A program made the position numbers and the translations under genes. A stretch of DNA of 64,000 nucleotides from Octopus sinensis (Eukaryota), in assembly GCF_006345805.1 (NCBI RefSeq), contig NC_043001.1, positions 85,560,001 through 85,624,000 of the forward strand, read 5' to 3'. The notes under the pieces are model-generated. The model searched no databases and was not told the origin of the DNA. It was given only the letters and a program-made list of their open reading frames with translations. Shown piece by piece: positions 53,691 to 64,000 of this stretch (the stretch's first letter is position 1; the number at the start of each line of letters is the position of its first letter).

Positions 53691-54773
53691 CATCAAAATT
53701 CTTTGGTAAATGTGAAACGGCGTTTGTAACTTATTTACAAAAGATTGAATATTTCCAACCGCCACCGAATGTGTCATATAAACAGTTGCTGGTCGATACT
53801 ATTTACTCCTGCACATGAGTGACCAGAAGAAATAGCATTTAATCCGACGCATTAACGTTTCTGCTATACCCCGCTAAATGTTTCTAATAAGGGTTTCTCA
53901 TTTAAGCACCAAAACTGAAATTTGGTCGAATTTGTTGATTGATATCATAGGGCCCAATCATTACTAATAATTTATTATCTGTCCATCGACGCAAAAGGAT
54001 TAAAAGTAATTTTAAACACGCTGGGCAAAAAGGTATTGTCACTTACCATCCTGGCTCTGTTTATGTTCGAGTGGTTCTCCCACCCTATCTGTTTTGTTGG
54101 AGTCCTCTTGGAACGTCCTTAAAAACTATCTGCTGGCCGTTAGACCGGGAGATCCAATTTCAAAGAGTATCTCCACTTAATGCTCGTATAAGTCTCTAAT
54201 GTCATTCGCACGATCATTAGGCTCTACGGTACTCTCTGTCGATATAATGTTTGCAAGCGGGGTGACTGCTCCAATCTCCAGCCTTACTTGGAAACAATGA
54301 CCTCCCTTGCAAACACTATACGGACACAGACTGTGTGTCGATAGCCAGATGGAAAAGATGTTTCCTGGGGCTTAAACAACAGTAACATCGTATTTTATAG
54401 GGCCGCTCCATTCTGATAGCAAATAAACTTTACTTTTCCGTACTGTTACCGTATATCGCTCGCTAAAAGAAGTTGCTTTTCTTTATTAGTGATAATCGAT
54501 GGTGTGTCGCATAAAGAATATATAGTGTTTGCGAGTGGAGTAAGGTTTCATCGACAGCCAGTGATAATCTCACATTGAGGACGGGTATTCACCCAGAAAC
54601 TATGGTCTGTGAGATGGGAACGATGACCTCCATTACAAACACTATACGCACACAGATTGTGTTGATAGCCAGTTTGAAAAGATGTTTTCCTGAGGCTTCA
54701 ACAAGAGTAACATCCTCCTTTATATGACCGCTACATTCTGTTGGCAAATAAACTTTACCATATATATATAATA

Positions 54774-54841
<68 letters not shown>

Positions 54842-55461
54842 CGTACATATACATACAACAGTAGTTGAAACTGCGCTTGCGCGGTGAATTTGAAAAATTA
54901 TAATGTATAACAAGGAGACACGTGTTATCTGACTCTTAATTATATGTTAGTATTATGGTTCGATCACTGATGAAAGTTTCGCCTAGAAAATTATTTCATT
55001 TGCTAAAAACTTTTGAAACCTATGTTTGACAGGAATAAAATAAGGCAAAAGTCTTTTGTTTCATTCTCTTTAAAAATCACTCTTAAATGTGGTTTTGGTT
55101 GTTTTGACTACTTCTTCTAGAGTGTAAACCTGCTTGTTGAAGGCAGTTTCTCTTGTGCTTAAACGTACACTACTTTACACACTTATAAATAAGGGCAAAG
55201 GAAAAATATTTTAATGCCAAATATTAACAAAATTATCATCGAAAAGAAAAGTTAGTTAGAAACGTTGATACTATCATCTCCGGTACATCCTACTACATTA
55301 TATGTACCTTCAGAGGATTCCCTAGAAAATAGATTGAAGCAATTACTAAGATAAAGGTCGTAATCTTTAAATTTTAATTTTAAATTCGGTATCATTTTCA
55401 TGCCGTCATCTCTGACGGCACAGGGACACTAGTGATGATGACAATAATAATTACAATACTG

Positions 55462-55569
<108 letters not shown>

Positions 55570-56118
55570 GCTCTGATGCAGTACCGGGCAGTGGCTCTCA
55601 TGGCTTTTGATCTTAACTGATTGGAAGTGTTATCATGTACATTGTTTTGTCTTTGTATAAAAGATGGGCTACAGCAAATATTCTGTTCAATACCACAGAT
55701 TTGCTTGTCAGTTGTTTGACCTTAACCAGTTGAGCATGTCCCTTAGTGGCTGATGATGTTGTGGGGGAGCAGCATAGCCGTGTGTTAAAAGAAATTCTTA
55801 GAGGTTTGGATAATTCACGTTTGGAAACATGAATGGTTCGTTCAACATCATTAAACAATCCTTATTCAGGGACCTTTTGAGAAGGATGGGCAACTCGACC
55901 AGAAGAAAATTCTAACTGGGCCCCACCTGCAATGTCATGCGCTGTTTACCTTGATATGAGATCACCATGTCGCGCACATATGGTTGTGATGCACGTGCCT
56001 GGTGTACCCTTTTCAGACAGGTAGTCATGATGGGTATACAGGGCTTTGTATATTTTACCCCGGTGTCACTTTGATGGCATACACTGCTCTCTCACATAAT
56101 AATAATAATAATAATAAT
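55570..56118. mobile_element. ~520-bp interspersed repeat flanked by (AAT)n on both sides
   Basis: Homologous to 36985-37520. Confidence 0.85.
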
Positions 56119-58406
56119 GATGATGATGACGATGATGATGATGAGGAGGAGGAGGAGGATATCTTACATAGAGAAACAAAACAAAAAGGGGCCAACAATT
56201 GTTTGTGTAAAGGGTGATTCGAAAAACAAATTTGTTTCTCCCTTAGCTTTGTACTAGGCAGGAATCAAAGTTAGATCGTATAAAGCCAAACAAACAAAAG
56301 AGAAACAAATATCATAAATTGTTTCTGCTGAATCTTTCGTGACTCTTCCAATCCCACCACCACGCCTTTAGCTCTTAAATAAGTGTAATGGATACCTTGT
56401 GTTGTAAAGCACCAGCCATGCATTATAGAGGTGTACGTCTTCGATTAAATCGATTGCATAGCTTCGCTGTTTCGTATAATTAATTGTTATCCAGGGGTAG
56501 AAAGACGAAGGGTGTTTCAACTACATTTGAAACCAGAATTATTAAGGTACACAACTACGTATAAACAACCGCTGTTTCACCTTGTGCTCAGCAAATAGAC
56601 CAATTTATTTAGTTATCTGTTTATTTATTTACTGAACACTGTAGTTATCAACTAACCAATCAGTGCTATTTTGTCTGACAGTGAGAGGGCGAGAATACCG
56701 CCCCTGGATTTTCGCTTTTTACATTCTACGTTATGAATCAGCAAAGCACACACAAGCATGCGCATACACACTACTAAGTTAAACGAAAAAAGAAACGCTG
56801 AACTATTTTTTTTTTCGTTTAATTTATTTATCTACTTCAATTTTATAAGACCGCAGCCACTTTGAAGGCTATTTAATCGAAAATTTGTCCCCGAGACTTA
56901 TTCTTTGTAAGTCTAGTACCTATTATATTGCCCTCTTTTACTGAACCCCTAATTTAGGGGATATAAACATATCAACACCGATTGTCAAGCCATGACGGTG
57001 GAGAGGGAGAAACACAAAACTACACACATACTACAACTCACCCTCTCTCTTCGTTGTCACCCCTCCCTCATTACCCTCACATACACACGAGCACGCACCT
57101 TCGTTAATGGCATCACCACTACTTTATTATCTCATCTACTTCATAGCTCTCTTGTGTGACCCCCCTCTGTCCGGCATACGCTATGATAGATCGCCAGCCA
57201 TTAAACCTTTTTCTATTTTCTCTCCTTGTTTATTTCTTTGCTCCTTTCTCTCGAAGAGCGGAGGCTCGAAACGTAAGAGTCTCTCTCACTTCCCGAGTGT
57301 TAAACTAAGACATCTGTTTGTCGTTTATCCACCTGTCTTCGTCTTATGTAAATTCTCATCTATCTTTTATCTCTTTTACTTGTTTCGAGCAAATCGACCC
57401 CAGGACTTACCGGTTCGGCAAATGACTTAAACGAGTAAAGAGTAAAAGACTAAAGAGTATATTCATAAATAACGCTAAATTTTTAATTGTATTTTCTTGT
57501 AGGATCTGTTATGATCAAGCCTTCATGTTGACTGCTTACACTTGTTTAAAATTGTACGTGAAAATTGTGGATTTCTATAATGCAGTCTAAGAATACATCA
57601 ATAAAATACGACCAAGGCAGATGTCATAAATTCTAAACACGATTTGTATTCTTGTTTACACACACATACACACAAACACACATACACGCACGCATGCACA
57701 CATACACACACACGCGAGCACACACACACACACACACACATACATACATACGCGAAGGGTTGCTGAAAATTTCCTAGCATTAAAGGTTTCACTAAAGGCC
57801 TGATTGAAGGTCCAGCCATCGCAGTTCTTTTACAAGGCTTAGAAAAACTGGAGGACCGCTGTAATAAATACGTGAACTTGAGAGGCGAAGGTACTGAATA
57901 TATTTATAATTAACTAATCCTCCTATATATATTTTTTTACTCAAAGCCAGGAAATACATACATACATACATATATACATGCAAACATACATACATACATA
58001 CATATATACATATATGTATCTTTCTCTCCTTTCTTTCCGTGTTCCTTTCGGTGGAAGAGCGTAGACTCGAAACGTTAAATCTTTTTTCAATTCCCGAGCG
58101 TTATACTTCGTCTCTTGTTTTTTTCGTGAATTTTCCCTATATATATATATATATATTTATATATACCGGAGTAAACACATAAATGTGAAACAAGGTGGAA
58201 AAAAGAGTACTCAAATACTAGTGTTAGAGTAATATGCTTTATTTAAAGCAGCAGAAATTTCAACAACAAAAAAAACAAAAAAAAAGATCGGATGTTTTAT
58301 ATTTATATTTACAGATATTTATTTATATATTACATTTTTTATATATATATCATATCACTAAGATCATTAACGCTTTCTCCCATTCTAGTGGGGTTTTCAA
58401 ATCAAA

Positions 58407-58452
<46 letters not shown>

Positions 58453-60599
58453 TCACACATATATATATGCTTGTATTGAAGTGTGTGTTGTGTGCATCTA
58501 CTTAATTATGTTCAAATAACATGTATATAAGCTTATAGGGTAGAGAGCCAGCAGAGTCGTTAGCACGCCGGGCAAAATGCATAGCGGCATTTAGTCCGAC
58601 TTTACTCTCTGAGATTAAATTCTGCCGAGGCCGACTTTGCCATTCATCTTTTCGGGGTCGATAGGATATGTACTAGTTGAGCGCTGCAGCCAGTTTAATC
58701 GGCTTACCCCTTTCCAACAAAGTTGCTGGTCTATTGTTGAGATTAGAAACCAATATGCATATAAGCTTTTATATGTCAACCTATAAAACGAAGCAAGCAG
58801 TTTTCTATTTTGTTGTTTTCATTTATATATTTCTAGCACATATTTTTCTTCTGTTGTTTTCCACACTTGTGACTCATAACATTTACAACATTTGCTTAGT
58901 TCCGTGATATATACATGACAACTCTGTATTATTAATTATATTAAGACAGAAACCTATACTTGAATTTCGTATAATTATTTTAATCTTACTGAGATTATAT
59001 TGATGTGTCTATGTTAGACAAGAACATTGTCTCGATTCTGTATACATTATTCATTATATTATTATGTAACACAAATTTGCATCCAACCGAATAGATGTAC
59101 AGATAGACAACATCAGATTTCTCTACTGGGCAGGGCATATGAGTATTTTTATATTGCAATATGATTAATACTCCAACTATACTCGCCATGATTCCAGTGA
59201 TTGTCTTGTAACGTAGTTTTGTGTTGGCCAAACATCAGTCCTAAATATAACACGACTTTCTAAGGCAGCGAACTGGAAGAAACGCTAGCACTCCGGGCGA
59301 AATCCTTAGCGGTATTTCGTCTGCCGTTACGCTCTGAGTTCAAATTCCGCCGAGGTCGACTTTGCCTTTCATCCTTTCGGGGTCAATTAAATAAGTACCA
59401 GTTACTCACTGGGTCGATATATCGACTTAATCTGTTTGTCTGTCCTTGTTTGTCCTCTCTGTTTTTAGCCCCTTGTGGGTAGTAAAAAAATAGGTTTTCG
59501 CCTGCTGCTACGTTCTTAGTTCAAATATCATCATAATCACTAATGTATCATTTGGATGGTAACACTATAAGTATTGTAGCTGACATGGTGCATGGTCTAC
59601 ACTCAGTATCACTTGCACTTAAATATTTATTTTCACAATTTTAACTCCCGGAATAAATTAATACAAAAGGTTAATCTTCAAACATACAGTAATAAGCATT
59701 ATTATTTGCTTTCCAAAGGCCGCGAGCTGGCAGAAACGTTAGCACGCCGGGCGAAACGCGTAGCCGTATTTTGTCTGCCGTTACGTTCTGAGTTCAAATT
59801 CCGCCGAGGTCGACTTTGCCTTTCATCCATTCGGGGTCGATAAATTAAGTACTAGTTACGCACTGGGGTCGATATAATCGACTTAATTCGTTTGTCTATC
59901 CTTGTTTGTCCCCTCTGTGTGTAGCCCCTTGTCGATTCCGCCGAGGTCGACTCCATCTTTCATCCTTTCTGGACTCGATAAAATAAGCACCAGTGAGACA
60001 CTGAGTCCTATGTGATTGACTTGTCCCTTTGTACCTTTAGTAGAAAGGATTATCATTTGCTTTCGTGATGACTGGAAGTGTAGCTTTTAGGAGTCTATTA
60101 TCTGTTCTTGGATGTTTCAGTATGCACGTGTGTAAGTATGTTTCATTATTTAGTTCCTTTTTACACATGAATAAATTTGCTGTTTCAGTATCAATACAGA
60201 GAGATTCTATGCTAAACAACTCTTTTTCATATATTTAAACTAATCATTGATTGCAATAAGTGATTCTTCATTCTTAATGTTGTGCGTTCAGATGAGGTAT
60301 AATTAGTCTCGGGGACAAATTTTCGATTAAATAGCCTTCAAAGTGGCTGCGGTCTTATAAAATTTTAGTACAAATAACAAACCGTAGAATAATCTTGTTT
60401 AATTGTTGCCTTTAATTAGTATCGTTATATTTAGTCTATTATTCTTGATGACAAATACAAGATTTATTTATTTTGTATTAGAGGTATAGAAATGATTTAA
60501 AATGGGACTCAGCATCAACAACTACAGATAAGTACTATACTGTAGGTACACTTAATTAATTACATATAGTCTTTTCCATGGGCGCATGCCGGTAATCTC

Positions 60600-61020
60600 T
60601 AGTTGTAATTATTATTACTTCTTAGTTTGGCGTGATGATCTTCGTAGACGCAGCGAAAGTGTTGGTATTGTTGCCAAGATCGTAAAATTGGTACCGCTTA
60701 AAAAGATGGAAGCTAACGGTTGCAGAAAGACCAAATTATAGGAAGCAATTCTTGGTGGCAGAGGTTCTACAGTTAAAATTGTGTATTACGATTACTGGGA
60801 CGTTTTGGATTAGAGAAGAGGAGATGCTATGTCGAGTGTCTGATTAACTTGCTCTGCAGAACAGAATCTAATGTAGGTGTAGTAAAAGCAGTAGCAGAGA
60901 ATGTGTCCAACATGTCTGTCAGCAACAATGTATTTGAGGGTCACTTCATGCCAACCAGTTGGGTGACCTTTCATTAGAATATCTACTACACAGTATGTCT
61001 TCTGTGTAGTAGAAGCACTA
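60600..61020 (-). mobile_element. Probable CR1/L2-like LINE 3' end, very degenerate
   Basis: Patchy similarity of minus frames to CR1-type C-terminus, followed by a short TAA tail. Confidence 0.35.
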
Positions 61021-61044
61021 GCCTAAATGTGGGAATAGTACGCC

Positions 61045-61220
61045 GTGTCCATTATTTACATTTGACAGATATTTGTCCTCATCTTGTTAACACAAAGTTT
61101 CGGCTGATATAAGCCTTGGGGAAATTTTGAACCTGGGTCGAACTCGGAATCTTGGGGTTAGTTAGGAGCGCAGGTTAGTGGCCTGCGCTCTTAACCACTA
61201 CGCCATATGTCCGTGGGCAA
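61045..61220 (-). mobile_element. Element with tRNA-like head followed by a possible hammerhead 3' half
   Basis: GGCGTAGTGGTTAAGAGCGC...GAGTTCGA; downstream GGCT-TATATC-AGCC-GAAA-CTT. Confidence 0.5.
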
Positions 61221-62952
61221 TTATGGAGTGGATTTTAGGGCTTATAAATCTAATATTCTCCTATCTTTCCTTAATACCGGTTCCCATATCCTGTTTATAT
61301 GTGCACTCGGTCTGCTTAGGAGGTTGTGTCCTAGCATATATGCTGCCTCTTTTAGTTTTCGTATTCTCCTATTATTTTAACTTCATCCCACAGGGGGAGG
61401 TGGTATCCATTTTTCCATACATTCTCACGATGGTAAATAGCATTTACATTTAAACAAACATCGACATGAGAATATTTCTCTGGTGTTAGCAGCTGTAAAT
61501 TGAAAGTGTAATATAAACTGCTCATTATAGTTTGACTTATAGATGATTAAGCTCGATGAAATAAATGTGCGCATATGTGTGTATGTGTGCATTTCCGTCC
61601 TCCATAATAACATCACAGAGTATGAGTATATTTAAGAACAATATCTTGTGCCACTAGTTTCTAAAACATTGTATGTTTATCGGGATTTGATGCCGTGCCA
61701 ATATCCGTCTGTTTTTCATCAAACGATAAGACATGATATCAAGTGAACAGGCAAACGATGTGGGTATGCAATCTAATTATAAGAGTTACATGAAAGAAAA
61801 GTTCTGGAATGGTAGTTTGTTGGTTGGTTACTGGATATATGTAGTCGTAATAAGTGTAATTAGTTGGAAATGTAACTTAGTTCTCGCGCTAAAGTGATGA
61901 TAGAAAGAAAGGAAAACTTTGCATCTTCAGTCAAATTATTCGGTTGGTGTGTCGAACGAAAAGCAAGGCTGTCAACTGAATTCAAGTTGATTCTATGCCA
62001 GCTTATATAAAGTTACGTTGATGATTTAAATATATAAGCAAAGCATAGAACAAAACACGGTGGCCTAGGACTAGATTTCCTGTCTCCATATTAGATGAAT
62101 ATCGGTGATATTTGGTTTCAAATTTCGGCTCAAAGTTTGGCTAGTACCTATGTATCAACAACGAAGGATAAAAAGTAACATTGATCTTGTCGGAATTTGA
62201 AGTCAGAACATAAAGATTCGTTAGAAATATCGTTAAGCATTTTGTCTGATGCGTTTTCAATATTGCCAGGTCTCCAGCTTAAGAACTGTAATAATTGGAA
62301 CAATAGGAAAACGATCCAAGATGCACAGCGAGTGAATGGAAAGGTTAGTTGTTCGAATATCGGCAATATACGATAAGTAGTATATTTAAAACACTGGTCT
62401 CAAAATCCAGTTAATACTGGGCAATTGGTATTTCGTGGACCTATTTTACTCTTGAATAATTCTATAACAAGAGTGCCAATTTTCTGAATGATGTCTCTCC
62501 TAAACTATCAGTGACTGTCAAATATGGCATCAAATAAATCGTTGAAACGTAGCTGCGAATGTTTCTTCTGGTGTCCCCAAACATAATTTACATGGCATAA
62601 TAGCAAGACTTGCTGTATAAGTGACCAGAGGTCTCTGCTTGCGCGGGCAAGGGCCAGTGACCCCAATTTTACTCTCTTACAAATTCTGCTTCCATACTAT
62701 CATTTCAAAGAAGTATGTTAAATAAAAATAAAATTTTAATATAAAAAAGATGATAATGCAATGGATTTTATTTTCAGCATTAAAATAAAACGCAAACTGA
62801 TAACTTCATTATTACTATTTTCTGAATGTTTCTTTATTTTAAATAAAGTTCAAACGTTTAGATTTTTTGTTATATATTTTCCAATACTATTTTATATATC
62901 TATAGAAAGTATATGAACCATACACATATTTGCATATATACATACATATATG

Positions 62953-63051
<99 letters not shown>

Positions 63052-63176
63052 ATATTATTTGTATGTATTTATGTATGGGTATCTGTGCAGTTGGCGTCAG
63101 TCATAAGAATATTGGAAATCTGCATTTCTATTCTTTGATATAGTTGTTTTTCGGGTCCAGATACAGCTCCTTCAAC

Positions 63177-63341
63177 TTAGAAGTCGGTACGGCAGCGTCT
63201 CTTCAGGTAGTTGCTCATCTTAGAGTGGTTCATAACGCGGTTCCTCAGTGCCATCAGTTTGGGGTAGCTGGTGAGCATGGATGGTTCATCCATCAATGGG
63301 TTTTCAAGAGCGCAGTAGCACATCATATCAGCCATGGTCAT
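63177..63341 (-). CDS. S-crystallin paralog B, last exon ([54 protein letters not shown]); upstream exons lie beyond the window
   Basis: Acceptor TTTTCCAG; 165 nt ending in TAA; 47/54 aa identical to gene A exon 6. Confidence 0.95.
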   Translation of the reverse strand: MTMADMMCYCALENPLMDEPSMLTSYPKLMALRNRVMNHSKMSNYLKRRCRTDF

Positions 63342-64000
63342 CTGGAAAAGTGCGATACAAGAATACACATATATATATATGTAAAGAAGATGAGTATATA
63401 TATATATAAAGAGAGAGAGAGAGAGATAACCGAATTTTACAGTTATCCCTTTTTACCAGTGCAAAGATACAATTTCTATACAAGAACGTTTGAATAAAGA
63501 AAATTTAATAATCGAAAAATACAGAACACATCTAAATATGCACGCATAACTAATTTTTATTATGATTTTTACCGCTACAGAAAGATGAACAATTATTTCC
63601 CCTATCCACTATAATAACGATAACCAATTACCTCACCTTAATTTTTCTACTTGTTGAATCATTCATTCATGAACTCCAGGCACAACATGGACAAAGAACT
63701 TTTTCGGAAGAAAATACGTATTTAAATAAATATTGATATCATGATTAGCAAAAGCGAAACCAGTCAAGAAAACAATATAAAATATCCGTTATACTATCGG
63801 TATAATTACCTATGTTGACCCTGGACATACACATACAAGCATATTATGCACATTAAAGGCAGTAATAAAGATAAACATGAGTTTATCCGTAATCAAATTT
63901 AAATTGCACAGAAAATGGAGAAATATTGATCGACAACATTCGACTATCATCAATTATTACTTTGTGATACAAATAGACTGCATCCTATCTAACAGCTGTT

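Noticed and set aside
54962-55040. CTGATGA-AAGTTT...AAACTT-TT-GAAA-CCT...AGG as a hammerhead
   Set aside because: No UH triplet and no stem I complement; at best a decayed relic.
58995-59231. ORF containing HMPC as a stray S-crystallin exon 2
   Set aside because: Only three residues match; no QS.A.ARYL motif and no suitable splice sites.

Overview
AT-rich, microsatellite-saturated animal DNA, almost certainly octopus: the S-crystallin protein and the SINE families match cephalopod types. The only host genes I can support are on the minus strand. One is a complete 6-exon, 215-aa long-loop S-crystallin (GST-sigma-derived lens protein; CDS 39749..28395) with TATA box and polyA signal. The other is the last exon of a second S-crystallin paralog at 63177..63341, so this is part of a tandem cluster. 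The rest is SINEs, mariner, hAT, Helitron and MITE relics, and RTE, R4-like and CR1-like LINE fragments. The most interesting signal is non-coding. A ~488-bp tandem repeat at 7516..9980 is inserted in (TA)n and folded back at 8310/8311. Each complete unit carries a type I hammerhead ribozyme with a long G-U-rich stem II extension and a palindromic stem III, which is the architecture of a retrozyme or Penelope pLTR-derived element. A divergent colinear relative with covarying stems sits at 51.6-52.4 kb, and further minimal hammerhead-variant families (including a U3-A8 core variant) are scattered through the window. Almost all supplied ORFs are microsatellite artefacts. Repeat boundaries are read by eye and approximate; exon boundaries were checked for splice sites and frame.
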